From an uncultured Chloroflexota bacterium (lineage in GTDB: Bacteria > Chloroflexota > Dehalococcoidia > UBA2979): a stretch of DNA of 64,000 bases. This document shows, one piece after another, positions 36,659 through 46,465 of this stretch. Numbering within the stretch: position 1 is the first letter of the stretch; each line of letters begins with the position of its first letter. Under the pieces are notes generated by a model. It searched no databases, had not been told where the DNA came from, and worked only from the letters and a program-made list of their open reading frames with translations. The stretch lies in assembly GCA_913051185.1 (NCBI GenBank), contig CAJXBM010000002.1, positions 1,166 to 65,165 of the forward strand, written 5' to 3'. The translations under genes and the position numbers were made by a program.

Positions 36659-36697
36659 TTTTCAGTTTCTATCTAATGTTTATGCTCTCGACATGAA

Positions 36698-37504
36698 TTA
36701 CTTCAGCTGAAAGGAATCGCCAGCGCTCCGAAACCGAAGTGTATCTTCTGTCACGTCTATCGGAATCGATTTACCTGAATCAAGCTGATTAGACTTAAGT
36801 TGAATTATCCCACGCGCAAACTGCTGAAGTGTTGCTACAAGGAAAGGTGCCTCATAACTCACCCCAATTTCCCTAATTAAATCAAAAAGGACACTAATGT
36901 CCTTAGATTCATTAAAGCTTCGCCAAGCCACATCTATTGGCTCATCCCCTCGTATTGAATATTTACAGAAAGTGGCAACAGGGCCCTCATCAACCTCAGG
37001 AATCACTACGTGTGCCATGACACCACTGTGAGTTTCCCCATCCGCTATTAGGGTTTGAATAACTTTTTGCCAGGTACCAGTGGGACCATCTGGTAACGCC
37101 GGATGTAGGTTTAGCAGGACATGCGAATTGACGAAATTTGGAGAGAAAATAAGCATATAACCAGCTAAAACACCGATGTCAGTTTCGTAAGGACGAACCA
37201 GATTGGCCACCTCATCGTCGTACTTTTGTCGCCAAGGCGGTAGCGCATCAGTGTCGTGCGCTCGAGCGACGCCCAAATTCTTTCGAAATTGCACAGATGA
37301 AAAGTTAATTACAGGAGTACCACGCTGCAAAAGCTCTTCAACAAAGTCGTCAGTCGACTCAGATTCTCCTACCGCCCTGTTGATGAATACAAACTTGATT
37401 TCTGCATCAAGAAATCCGGAGTCAATTGCCGACTTCACTGCGGTGAACATTTTCCTGGACCCGATACCTCGCGCCGTCGTATACCAGCCAATACTCAATG
37501 TCAT
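36698..37504 (-). CDS. formyltransferase-domain protein (PurN-like)
   Basis: 268 aa. LLNLHPALPDGP (the N..H catalytic pair of the PurN/Fmt fold) and a downstream DEGPV Asp. It is longer than classical PurN. Confidence 0.65.
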   Translation of the reverse strand: MTLSIGWYTTARGIGSRKMFTAVKSAIDSGFLDAEIKFVFINRAVGESESTDDFVEELLQRGTPVINFSSVQFRKNLGVARAHDTDALPPWRQKYDDEVANLVRPYETDIGVLAGYMLIFSPNFVNSHVLLNLHPALPDGPTGTWQKVIQTLIADGETHSGVMAHVVIPEVDEGPVATFCKYSIRGDEPIDVAWRSFNESKDISVLFDLIREIGVSYEAPFLVATLQQFARGIIQLKSNQLDSGKSIPIDVTEDTLRFRSAGDSFQLK

Positions 37505-37511
37505 AAATCAG

Positions 37512-37730
37512 CTAGGAACCTTCCTGAATCAATTCATCAATTTGATGTTCCGCTTGAAGCAGTAGCTCCTTACATTGAGCTGCCATACTGACTCCACTCT
37601 CGTAAAGTTGGAGCGATTCAGATAAAGACAATCCACCCTCCTCCAATTGATCAACAATCTGCTGTAATTTTTCATATAAATCCTCGAAAGTAACTTCTTC
37701 AGTTGGGTCACTCGACATTCGAACCTCCAT
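37512..37730 (-). CDS. xseB: exodeoxyribonuclease VII small subunit
   Basis: 72 aa. FEDLYEKLQQIVDQLEEGGLSLSESLQLYESG is the XseB signature. Overlaps the xseA 3' end. Confidence 0.9.
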   Translation of the reverse strand: MEVRMSSDPTEEVTFEDLYEKLQQIVDQLEEGGLSLSESLQLYESGVSMAAQCKELLLQAEHQIDELIQEGS

Positions 37731-38922
37731 CTTTCCCTATACGCGCTTGTACCGAACCGTCATGCCAATGAATTAGAACATCGTCCGTGTCGATAACATC
37801 CTTATAACTGCGAACGGCCATGTCTCCTTTCGATATCAATGCGTATCCTCTACCTAATGTTCCACTCGGAGAAAGCGACTCCAGCCTACCTTCACTATGA
37901 AAAATTAACCGCGATTGCACTGCCAACTGTAATCTTATTGTGTGTGACATCCGACTTGTAATTGCCTCCACACCCGCCTCAAGTAATTCAATTCCTGGTC
38001 TCTTCAGGTAGATACGGCTCGCGAGATGAGATACTCGGTCCAATAGCGATGAAATTACAATTTTTATCGAACTATTCTGTCGAAGCACAAGAGACTGAAT
38101 CTGTTGCAATACCTCGACACGATCTGGAACCGCCATTTCTGCTGCCGCTGAAGGTGTTGGAGCGCGTTGATCTGCAACCAAGTCAGCTAAAGTAAAGTCT
38201 GTCTCATGTCCAATCGCAGATATCACCGGAACAGGACATGAATATATTGACCTCACGACTACATCCTCATTAAAAGCCCATAGGTCTTCTACTGACCCAC
38301 CACCTCTAGCAAGTATTACCAGATCAATCAGATCTCCGGAATAATTTGATACATTCTTTATCGCTGAACTGATATTTTGAGCCGCATCCAACCCTTGAAC
38401 GATCGTAGGTTCAACAATAAGGTTTGTGAGAGGCCATCGCCGTGACACAATATTACGGATATCTTCAATCACCGCTCCCGTCGGACTTGTTACAACCGCT
38501 ATGCCTTTAGGAAATTTCGGTAGAACACGCTTGCGAGCAGGGTCAAATAGTCCCTCTGCCGCCAAGCTTTCTCGGCGCCGCTCAAATTCAGCCCAAAGTG
38601 GCCCTTTATCCCCGCTTTCTAAATGAGAGATAACAAATTGCAAGTCACCACGAGCCTTATAAAGAGTAAAGCTCCCATAAATCAGCACATGTGAATTATC
38701 AATGATTTTGTCTCGAACAGCGAAATTATCATTCTTAAAAAATACGCATCGGATTGAGGAGTCCGAGTCTTTAATAGTTAAATAAATATGCCCAGATCGT
38801 GCTTTAGTTAAAGTGCTGATCTCACCCTCAAGCCAAATATTTGAAAATTGTGTGTCCGCTTCAATACTTTTTTTAAGTTTCTCGGTAATATCCGAGACCG
38901 AATATACGTCGATCTCAACCAT
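37708..38922 (-). CDS. xseA: exodeoxyribonuclease VII large subunit
   Basis: 404 aa. N-terminal OB fold (VWLEGEIS-type: IWLEGEISTL...SGHIYLTIKD) and GRGGGS-type ARGGGSVEDLWAFN. Confidence 0.92.
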   Translation of the reverse strand: MVEIDVYSVSDITEKLKKSIEADTQFSNIWLEGEISTLTKARSGHIYLTIKDSDSSIRCVFFKNDNFAVRDKIIDNSHVLIYGSFTLYKARGDLQFVISHLESGDKGPLWAEFERRRESLAAEGLFDPARKRVLPKFPKGIAVVTSPTGAVIEDIRNIVSRRWPLTNLIVEPTIVQGLDAAQNISSAIKNVSNYSGDLIDLVILARGGGSVEDLWAFNEDVVVRSIYSCPVPVISAIGHETDFTLADLVADQRAPTPSAAAEMAVPDRVEVLQQIQSLVLRQNSSIKIVISSLLDRVSHLASRIYLKRPGIELLEAGVEAITSRMSHTIRLQLAVQSRLIFHSEGRLESLSPSGTLGRGYALISKGDMAVRSYKDVIDTDDVLIHWHDGSVQARIGKDGGSNVE

Positions 38923-38991
38923 TTATGTACCTCACTTTAGTAAGTAAATAGCTGAAAATAATCCGCCCCATACTCAAGAGGAGACCAAAGC

Positions 38992-39552
38992 CTACACCTT
39001 TGCACGTTCCAGATATCTGCCATCATCCGTGGATATTTTTATATAGTCGCCTGTACTAACAAATAAGGGCACTTGTGTGATCAAACCTGTCTCTAACGTA
39101 GCAGGCTTGGTTGCTCCTTGAGCTGTATCACCTTTCACCCCCGGATCTGATTCAGTAACTTGAAGAACGACAGCCGAAGACAATTCAACACCAAGCGCTT
39201 CTTCGCCGTACAAGACGACCTGTACTTCGTCCCCTTCTTTGAGATATTTTATGTCATCCCCGAGTATGACCGCCGGTACCTCTATTTGATCGTAGGTTTC
39301 CGAATTCATAAATGTGTAGTTAGTGCCATCATCGTACAAATACTGCATCTTCCGCGTTTCCACGCGCGCAGTTGCTAAGCGATCACCTGCATTAAAGGTT
39401 CGCTCTATGATGTGCCCTCCTCTTAGATCTCTAAGTTTGACCCGATATACAGCTGATTTCTTCGTTTTGACGTGATTGACTTCCTCCATTTTGTAAAGAG
39501 TGCCATCTACTTCAACGGTTGAACCGCGCTTGAATTGAGAGGTTGTAATCAT
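38992..39552 (-). CDS. efp: elongation factor P
   Basis: 186 aa. ITTSQFKRGSTVEVDGTLYKMEEVNHVKTKKSA, ATLETGLITQVPLFV. Confidence 0.95.
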   Translation of the reverse strand: MITTSQFKRGSTVEVDGTLYKMEEVNHVKTKKSAVYRVKLRDLRGGHIIERTFNAGDRLATARVETRKMQYLYDDGTNYTFMNSETYDQIEVPAVILGDDIKYLKEGDEVQVVLYGEEALGVELSSAVVLQVTESDPGVKGDTAQGATKPATLETGLITQVPLFVSTGDYIKISTDDGRYLERAKV

Positions 39553-39606
39553 TATGAGCTCCCTGCTTGACTCCTATTAAGTTTAACTCAGTTCGTAACT
39601 AGAACA

Positions 39607-40758
39607 TTATGCGGGGAATTTTTTTGAAGCACTTGTTAGTGAGCGTAACTTCCCGTTCTCAATAACGCACTGATCTTCTATTCGAACGCCACCCCATCCG
39701 GGAATATAAATACCCGGTTCGACCGTGACTACATTCCCTTCAACAAGTCTCACATTTCCTAACGGGGATAATCGAGGCCCCTCATGCACATCAAGACCTA
39801 CCCCATGACCAAGTCCGTGCCCAAAAAAGTCTCCATACCCTGCTTGGCTAATGACAGTTCGCGCAATTTCGTGGGCCTCAGACCCCAACATTCCGGGCTC
39901 AATTCGTTCTATTGCCGTTTCCTGCGCCATTCGCACCACATCATATACCCGTAAAAACTCATCACTGGGCTGTTGGTTTGATTCACCTTCGAACCATATT
40001 GTGCGAGTTAAGTCGGAGCAGTAACCATCCAGTACAACGCCCATATCAATCACTACACCGCTTCCTGAAATTAATTCGGAATCAGACGCTCGCCAGTGCG
40101 GCAATGCAGCATGCTCTCCCGATGCCACAATCGAAGGAAATGAAAGATCACTTGCTCCATGTGTGATCGCGTATTCTTGAATTGACCAAGCAATATCTTT
40201 CTCCGTAAGTCCAGACCGAATATCCTGAGTTGCCTTTTTAAACGCTTGATCTCCAAGTTCTACTGCCCGCGACAAAGCTCTCACTTCCTCGTCATCTTTG
40301 ACCATCCGTAACTCTTCAATCAGGCCAGAAACTGACCGCAATTTAGGAAAAGCTGCGTTACCCGATTGTTCCAGAGAGGATCGCCAGTTATTAATTTGAT
40401 CGACTGTTACGTGATCTGACTCAAACCCTAGTTGAGCGTTAGTGAAAGACATCAAAAATTCTACTGACAGGCTCGATACAGCCCCGAATGCTTCAACTAG
40501 CTCAAAATCTGGGCATTCAACCTTGACCTGCTCCCAGTATCGAGAATCTGTCACAAAATATTTAGTATCCTTGGTTATTACAGCAACACCTGAAGTTCCT
40601 GTGAAACCCGAAATCCATTTACGATTTGAAGGAGATTCAATGATGAGCCCGTCAAGCCCTCGCTGTTCAAACAGATTTCGAACTTTGTCGATCCGTGCTG
40701 CGAAATCTACGCTAATTACCACTTTTCTTAGCCCATAAAAATTCAAGAGCCGCAACAT
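39607..40758 (-). CDS. M24B Xaa-Pro aminopeptidase/dipeptidase (likely true start GTG 40722)
   Basis: Creatinase-like N domain plus pita-bread metal ligands (DMG...D.TRT, HGLGHGVGLDVHE, TVEPGIY, RIED). Sits between aroQ and efp as in Firmicutes. The annotated ATG would overlap aroQ by 47 nt. Confidence 0.88.
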   Translation of the reverse strand: MLRLLNFYGLRKVVISVDFAARIDKVRNLFEQRGLDGLIIESPSNRKWISGFTGTSGVAVITKDTKYFVTDSRYWEQVKVECPDFELVEAFGAVSSLSVEFLMSFTNAQLGFESDHVTVDQINNWRSSLEQSGNAAFPKLRSVSGLIEELRMVKDDEEVRALSRAVELGDQAFKKATQDIRSGLTEKDIAWSIQEYAITHGASDLSFPSIVASGEHAALPHWRASDSELISGSGVVIDMGVVLDGYCSDLTRTIWFEGESNQQPSDEFLRVYDVVRMAQETAIERIEPGMLGSEAHEIARTVISQAGYGDFFGHGLGHGVGLDVHEGPRLSPLGNVRLVEGNVVTVEPGIYIPGWGGVRIEDQCVIENGKLRSLTSASKKFPA

Positions 40759-41146
40759 ATCCGACTATGCCAAGCCCTGAAATTAATGCTGTAGCAACTC
40801 TAGACGAATACGTGCTGCTTCGGAATTCCTCACGCGCGTGGATGTTGGTAACATGCACCTCAACAACAGTGATTCCAACACCAGCAATGGCATCTGCAAG
40901 CGCAACCGAAGTATGTCCGTACCCACCCGGATTCAAAATCAGTCCATCGAATTCAGACGTTGCCTGTATGTAGTCAATTAACGCGCCTTCATGATTGCTC
41001 TGAAAAAATTCAACTTCGATACCGAGCTCACCCGCTCTGGTGGATACTCTCTGTTCCATATCTGCAAGAGTATCTGAACCATATAGCTCAGGTTCGCGAG
41101 TTCCTAACAAATTCAGATTCGGTCCATTTATGACTGCTAGTTTCAT
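40712..41146 (-). CDS. aroQ: type II 3-dehydroquinate dehydratase
   Basis: 144 aa. INGPNLNLLGTREPELYG, QSNHEGALID, NPGGYGHTSVAL. Confidence 0.95.
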   Translation of the reverse strand: MKLAVINGPNLNLLGTREPELYGSDTLADMEQRVSTRAGELGIEVEFFQSNHEGALIDYIQATSEFDGLILNPGGYGHTSVALADAIAGVGITVVEVHVTNIHAREEFRSSTYSSRVATALISGLGIVGYVAALEFLWAKKSGN

Positions 41147-41214
41147 ATGCCTACCCTCGCAGCTTCAGTTTAATATTCAGTAATCCTAGCGTGAAACAGT
41201 TCTCAATACATAAA

Positions 41215-42159
41215 TTATGAGGGCTGACTTTTTTTTGTCTCTCGGGCATTTTTCAGGGCCGCTTGGATTTCGTCACTGTCTGAGGAACCAGATAAGGCTG
41301 TGTATATCTGAGTAGTGTCCGGTGATGAGTGACCCAAAAGGTGCTGAACCACTCGTATGTCAGCACCACGCTCAACCAAATGAGTTGCAAAAGAATGTCT
41401 TAATAAATGTGGATGTACATTTGTCTTAATCCCCACCTGAATTCCAGCGTCACTAACTAATCGTTGCACTGATCGCTGAGAAAGTCTTTGACCAAACCGA
41501 TTTAGAAAACACGCCGTCTGCATACCCTTAACCAATAGTGGACGAGCCTCTTCAAAATATCGAGTAAGTGCTGCCCAAGCTGGTTCACCGAACAAACATA
41601 TTCTCTCCTTATTTCCTTTACCGGTAACACTTACTTGCATCAAATTCATATCAATATCACGTAGATCTATTGACGTAATTTCGGAGACTCGAATCCCTGT
41701 GGCATAAAGCAGTTCTAATAATGCCCTATTTCTAATAGAACTGGCATCATTGCCTACAATACTTACTAGCAGTTTATCCACATCATTCTGTTGGAGTACT
41801 CGTGGTAAGCGCCTCACAGCCTTTGGGGTTCTAAGTCTAAGGATCGAATCTCCTTTTGGAGCCGACAGTACGTAGCCAGTTGAGTCAAGCCATATATAAA
41901 AACCTCTTACGGTAATTGCGATTCGTCTGATAGAGCCTTCTGTTACACCTTGATCCTTTAATTTTCTTAAGTAACCTCTCGTATCAGTTCTCCCGACTGC
42001 CGAGAATGACCAATCTCTGCGATCTATGTATTTTAAAAATTTACTGATGTCGTTACGATAATTTCGAACCGTATACTGAGATCTCGCTAAAACCATGCTC
42101 ACATAGTGCAGGTACTGATCTAATTCTTCCTCGCCGGAAATTTTATGATTAGTCGACAT
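41215..42159 (-). CDS. XerC/XerD-family tyrosine recombinase
   Basis: 314 aa. N-terminal SAM-like domain. Catalytic ATGIRVSE (R), HPHLLRHSFATHL (H.LRH) and LLGHSSPDTTQIYT (the Tyr nucleophile). Confidence 0.88.
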   Translation of the reverse strand: MSTNHKISGEEELDQYLHYVSMVLARSQYTVRNYRNDISKFLKYIDRRDWSFSAVGRTDTRGYLRKLKDQGVTEGSIRRIAITVRGFYIWLDSTGYVLSAPKGDSILRLRTPKAVRRLPRVLQQNDVDKLLVSIVGNDASSIRNRALLELLYATGIRVSEITSIDLRDIDMNLMQVSVTGKGNKERICLFGEPAWAALTRYFEEARPLLVKGMQTACFLNRFGQRLSQRSVQRLVSDAGIQVGIKTNVHPHLLRHSFATHLVERGADIRVVQHLLGHSSPDTTQIYTALSGSSDSDEIQAALKNARETKKSQPS

Positions 42160-42173
42160 ACATATTTTTTTGA

Positions 42174-42803
42174 CTAGTAGTCTATTCCCGGTTGTGCCTT
42201 CACGCCCGATTGGTACGCATGCTTAATTTCGTTCATTTCAGTAACTGTATCGGCGATTTGAATAATTTCATCACTCGCATCTCGACCCGTCAAAATTATA
42301 TCGACGTCCTTCGGTCGATTCTCAATCACCTCAATGACGCTATCCACTGAAAGCCAGCCATAATTTATCGGATAGGTGACTTCGTCTAACACCACCAAAT
42401 CGTATTCACCAGATTGGATGATAGCCGCTGCCTTTGACCAGGCTGCTTTGGCCAAATCCTTGTCATGTTCAAGATCCTCAGATAGCCATGTAAACCCGTC
42501 TCCCAACGCTTCCATCGGAATACCCATTCGCGTTGCTGCCAATGTTTCCCCATACTTCGAGTCTTTCTTCTTGATAAATTGCAGCCACAACACGTTCCAG
42601 CCACGGCCCCAAGCACGCATACTCACGCCAAGCGCTGCCGTGGTCTTGCCTTTGCCGTCACCAGTCATAACGAGAACTAATGGATGATTCTTGGGAAACA
42701 AGCCGGACCACTTGCCACGAGGCTGTTCGACCGGCCCTTCTCTGAGTACATCCGGATCATTAAGTGCAGACTTACGTTGATTATCATTAACAGACTTAGA
42801 CAT
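42174..42803 (-). CDS. cobO: cob(I)yrinic acid a,c-diamide / corrinoid adenosyltransferase (CobA/CobO type)
   Basis: GDGKGKTTAALG P-loop, LQFIK, VVLDEVTY, and C-terminal KHAYQSGVKAQPGIDY. ATG 42803 is preceded by AGAGG. The ORF extends to 42836. Confidence 0.88.
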   Translation of the reverse strand: MSKSVNDNQRKSALNDPDVLREGPVEQPRGKWSGLFPKNHPLVLVMTGDGKGKTTAALGVSMRAWGRGWNVLWLQFIKKKDSKYGETLAATRMGIPMEALGDGFTWLSEDLEHDKDLAKAAWSKAAAIIQSGEYDLVVLDEVTYPINYGWLSVDSVIEVIENRPKDVDIILTGRDASDEIIQIADTVTEMNEIKHAYQSGVKAQPGIDY

Positions 42804-42842
42804 ACCTCTATGATAACTCAGACAGGCTATTCTCAAACTTAA

Positions 42843-43859
42843 TTAGAGAAAGACCAATTTAGACTGATCAAGCACAACATCCACATTTTTTCCGATTGAA
42901 AAATCGATAGACATTGCCTCGTGGGCGGATATGCTCGAAGGAATCTCAATCCCGTCCAGCTTCACGATCGCGACGACACCACCAACTGCAGACTCGTATC
43001 TAATTATCTGACCTCGCCCTTGAGGTTCCGGTTTCAGAGAAATTGCCGACGATGGAAAAGAAATTGTTTCATATGAGCTATTCAACGAGCCTGCAATCTT
43101 TAAAGATTGACGAGCCTCATCATTTCTCAGAACTGTATGGCCGATTAATTTAGCAACATCCACAGATTTTGGGCTGTGAAAGACATCTCTCATTGGTCCA
43201 GTCTGGTGTATCAAGCCATCAATTAGAACAACTACTTTGTCAGCTAAAACCACTGCTTCACTTATATCGTGCGTTACCACTATCGAAGAAAGCTCGCCGC
43301 CAGTAATTAAATCATGTAAATCTCTTGAGATACTCTGCTTATCAACGGGATCAATCGCAGTAAAAGGCTCATCAAGCATCAATATCGACGGCTCTAATGC
43401 AAATGCTCGAGCGAGGCTAACACGCTGACGCTCACCACCTGACAATTCATGTGGTTTTTTCTCAGCTACGCGATCCACTCCGAGTCGCTCTAACCACGTG
43501 TAGGCACCCTTGCTGATCAGCTTCTTTTCAAAGCCCCTAAGATCCATAGCAATTTTTAAGTTATCTACGACGCTCCTGTCGAGGAGTACAGGGTCTTGAA
43601 ATGAGATAGCAGATAATCGTCTGAAATCTCGACGGTTCGATCTCGATATTCTACTCCCAAAGTAACAAATTTCTCCTTGGGTCGAAGGAATCAAGAGACC
43701 AGCTGCTAGCAAAAAACTTGACTTTCCTGAACCATTAGCTCCAATAACCGCAACATTCTCACCTCGCCCTAGATTAAAAGAGTCAAAAGATAGTACTCGC
43801 TGCCGCCCACGATGGACTACAATTTCAGACATTGAAAGTGCATACTCACCAGAAGACAT
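42843..43859 (-). CDS. tupC: ABC transporter ATP-binding protein (tungstate/molybdate-type, C-terminal TOBE-like extension)
   Basis: 338 aa. Walker A GANGSGKSS, signature LSGGERQR, Walker B LMLDEP, plus ~100 extra C-terminal residues. Confidence 0.7.
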   Translation of the reverse strand: MSSGEYALSMSEIVVHRGRQRVLSFDSFNLGRGENVAVIGANGSGKSSFLLAAGLLIPSTQGEICYFGSRISRSNRRDFRRLSAISFQDPVLLDRSVVDNLKIAMDLRGFEKKLISKGAYTWLERLGVDRVAEKKPHELSGGERQRVSLARAFALEPSILMLDEPFTAIDPVDKQSISRDLHDLITGGELSSIVVTHDISEAVVLADKVVVLIDGLIHQTGPMRDVFHSPKSVDVAKLIGHTVLRNDEARQSLKIAGSLNSSYETISFPSSAISLKPEPQGRGQIIRYESAVGGVVAIVKLDGIEIPSSISAHEAMSIDFSIGKNVDVVLDQSKLVFL

Positions 43860-44560
43860 CAGATACGCTTTCTAGCGAGATTTTGGACGCTCGTAAGAAT
43901 AACTGCCACCACAAACACCATCGCCAATAGCACTATGCCATAAGCAAGAGCTCGTCCAAACTCTCCTTTACTTACTAGCAGCACAGTCGCGGTGGTTAGA
44001 ACTCGAGTATCTCCGGCCAAGTTACCGCCGACCATCATCGCGGCACCAACCTCTGAAATTACGGCTCCGAAACCAGCCATCATTGCCACCATTAATCCAA
44101 GTCGCGCCTCATATGCCAATAAAAACAAAGTTTCCTTTCGTCCTGCACCCAGCGAACGAATCTGTAAAAACAGTGACTCGGGCAGAGACATAAATGAGCC
44201 AGCCGTTATTGCCGCAACCAATGGTATAGCAATCACACACTGACTTATAATCATCGCTATCGGCGTATAAATTAAGTTTAATCCCCCAAAAGGCCCTGAA
44301 CGCCACAACAAAATAGCTACCAACAATCCAGCGATAACCGGTGGCATCCCCATCCCAGTGTTGGCGAACGTAACCAAAGCAGCTCTCCCGCGAAATGGTA
44401 AAACCGCGAGACAGAATCCAGCCGAGGCGCCGAATGCAAACGATACTATTGTCGAAGAACCACAGATTATTAAAGTCCTCAAGGTGATAGACCATATTTC
44501 CGAATCACCTTGACTGAGGAGAAGGAACGTCTCCCAAATTGCGTCAAGAATCAAGTCCAC
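43859..44560 (-). CDS. tupB: ABC transporter permease (tungstate/molybdate-type)
   Basis: 233 aa with about 5-6 TM helices and an EAA-like loop (SLGAGRKETLFLLAYEARLG). ATGA-coupled to the ATPase gene. Confidence 0.7.
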   Translation of the reverse strand: MDLILDAIWETFLLLSQGDSEIWSITLRTLIICGSSTIVSFAFGASAGFCLAVLPFRGRAALVTFANTGMGMPPVIAGLLVAILLWRSGPFGGLNLIYTPIAMIISQCVIAIPLVAAITAGSFMSLPESLFLQIRSLGAGRKETLFLLAYEARLGLMVAMMAGFGAVISEVGAAMMVGGNLAGDTRVLTTATVLLVSKGEFGRALAYGIVLLAMVFVVAVILTSVQNLARKRI

Positions 44561-44586
44561 AAATCACCACTCCAGTCCGACAATAC

Positions 44587-45435
44587 TTAGTTAATTCCAT
44601 AGAACAGTGACTCACCGTACTGGTCTCTACCAAACATTTCAATCATATTCTGAGTCTCAATGCTGAGCATGAAATCGCGGAATGCTCTCGCACCTTTATG
44701 ATTTATATTCTCAGTCGCTAAATTCAACAATATGACACTGTACACATTCAGAAGTTCATCCTCTTGGTCAATTAAAACCACTTGGTCAGAATCTATACTA
44801 GTGGCAAGCCATGTGCCCTTGTCAGTCAACGTATATGCCTGAGTCTGACGAGCAACCGTAAGTGTAGCGCTCATCCCTTGCCCAGTAGCCGTGTACCAAT
44901 CTTGTCCGCTGGGCGTAGAATCAAAGCCTGCAATCTTCCAAAGATCCATCTCTTTCTTATGCGTTCCTGAATCATCACCTCTGCTAACAAACACAGAACC
45001 AACGGTCGCAATCGCCTTCAATCCCTCATCGACGCTCAAGCCTTTGATTTTGGCTGGATCTGCCGCTGGTCCAACAATAACAAACCAATTCTTCATTACC
45101 TCTGTCCGGCTTGCCCCGAATCCATTGTTAATGAAGTTAATCTCTGCAGATGGGGAATGCACAAGAAGTATGTCTCCATCACCTCGTTCACCCATCCTTA
45201 AAGCTGCACCGGTACCAACAGCAACAACTTTCACCATGTAGTCGGTTTCCTCTTCAAACCGGTACACTAAAGCATCGATTAGCCCCGTGTTCTCAGTACT
45301 AGTAGTTGTTACTAGCAGCATCGACCTCGAATCGTCTGAACAACTCGTTAGCCACACCAGCGAGAGAAAAATGAACGCATACAAAATTTTATCTATGCAA
45401 CCTCTCTTCCGCAGAAACACAAAAACAAAACTCAT
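44587..45435 (-). CDS. tupA: tungstate/oxyanion ABC substrate-binding lipoprotein (TupA-like)
   Basis: 282 aa. Lipobox LTSC. The VTTTSTENTGLIDAL motif is characteristic of TupA-type binding proteins. Also SRGDDSGTH. Confidence 0.7.
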   Translation of the reverse strand: MSFVFVFLRKRGCIDKILYAFIFLSLVWLTSCSDDSRSMLLVTTTSTENTGLIDALVYRFEEETDYMVKVVAVGTGAALRMGERGDGDILLVHSPSAEINFINNGFGASRTEVMKNWFVIVGPAADPAKIKGLSVDEGLKAIATVGSVFVSRGDDSGTHKKEMDLWKIAGFDSTPSGQDWYTATGQGMSATLTVARQTQAYTLTDKGTWLATSIDSDQVVLIDQEDELLNVYSVILLNLATENINHKGARAFRDFMLSIETQNMIEMFGRDQYGESLFYGIN

Positions 45436-45454
45436 CTGGAAAATTCTCTCTTGA

Positions 45455-45850
45455 TTGACTAAACTCGCACTAACAGAAGTTTACAAAGGAACAGCACTGA
45501 TGAGTAGCGATAATTTTTCTAACGGTACCAAAACTCCAGTGATTCGAGCCAAAGTTTGGGTGGAGTTGGACAACCGGCTGATTATGAGTGATTACCTAGC
45601 TACGTTATTAAAAAACATAGATAGAACCCGATCGTTAAAGAGTGCCGCTTCTGCGATGAAACTTCCCTATCGAACAGCGCTCAAAAAAATAAATGAAATT
45701 GAATCGGCCGTAGAATCTCCTTTGGTCACATCGATATCAGGTGGTTCTAAGGGAGGGAGCTCAAAATTAACGCCCTACGCTAGGGAGCTTTTAAAGAAAT
45801 TTGACGCGGTTCAACAACACATCGCCGACCTTGAGGGTCAAAAGCTTTAG
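45455..45850 (+). CDS. ModE N-terminal-domain-like (winged HTH) regulator; ATG 45500 is the more likely start
   Basis: SLKSAASAMKLPYRTALKKINEIE...PLV.S.SGGSKGGSSKLTPYARELL matches the ModE/LysR-type HTH N-domain pattern. There is no Mop/TOBE domain. Divergent from tupA. Confidence 0.7.
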   Translation: MTKLALTEVYKGTALMSSDNFSNGTKTPVIRAKVWVELDNRLIMSDYLATLLKNIDRTRSLKSAASAMKLPYRTALKKINEIESAVESPLVTSISGGSKGGSSKLTPYARELLKKFDAVQQHIADLEGQKL

Positions 45851-45866
45851 TGCATTCTGCAAAGTA

Positions 45867-46418
45867 TTATGTGTGTGTTATTGGTTCGCCATCTAAACAT
45901 TTGGGACACTCACTACTTTCCCATGAGGGAATCTCAATTGTCAGTGCGGCAAAGAAAGGAAGCCCCAGATCGATTTTTCCACCAGTTCTATCGGCTATCG
46001 AAACAACTGCTACCGGATTTGCACCCGCATTTCTTACGGCCGCGATGGTATCAACCAACGAGCCTCCAGTGGTGACGATGTCATCTACCACCAGTACGGC
46101 CTCACCGGGAGAAAAACTGAATCCACGCTGAAATGAACGGCCACCATCGGGATCCTTTTCACAAAATAGCCCTCTGACTCCTATTTGTCTGGCAACTTCA
46201 TAGGCTAATAACACTCCGCCCGTAGTCGGCCCAGCCACACTTTTCGGAGCGAAATCTCGGCCGAAATCTGCCATCAATTTGCAAATTTTTTCCGTATACT
46301 CCGGCCATTGAAGGAGATTAAATTTCTCAAGATATCGATCACTGTGCCGACCAGACGTTAACGAAAAATGACCATCCAACATCGCTCCTGACGCCTTGAA
46401 AATATCAAGTGGCTCCAT
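45867..46418 (-). CDS. pyrE: orotate phosphoribosyltransferase
   Basis: 183 aa from ATG 46418, with AGGAGGA upstream. GHFSLTSGRHSDRYLEKF and PRPP motif VLVVDDIVTTGGS. Confidence 0.92.
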   Translation of the reverse strand: MEPLDIFKASGAMLDGHFSLTSGRHSDRYLEKFNLLQWPEYTEKICKLMADFGRDFAPKSVAGPTTGGVLLAYEVARQIGVRGLFCEKDPDGGRSFQRGFSFSPGEAVLVVDDIVTTGGSLVDTIAAVRNAGANPVAVVSIADRTGGKIDLGLPFFAALTIEIPSWESSECPKCLDGEPITHT

Positions 46419-46465
46419 ATTCACACATCCTCCTATATCACAATCAACCAGAACAAATTCCAAAA

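Noticed and set aside
27304-42159. tRNA-Asp plus a tyrosine recombinase 14 kb away, considered as a tRNA-integrated genomic island.
   Set aside because: The intervening genes are core housekeeping (efp, xseAB, aroQ, rluB, htpX). The recombinase has standard XerC/D motifs. I saw no direct repeat of the tRNA 3' end.
45436-45499. Moco/Tuco riboswitch upstream of tupA.
   Set aside because: Only ~64 nt separate the divergent starts, which is too short for the ~130-nt riboswitch. No conserved motif is visible.
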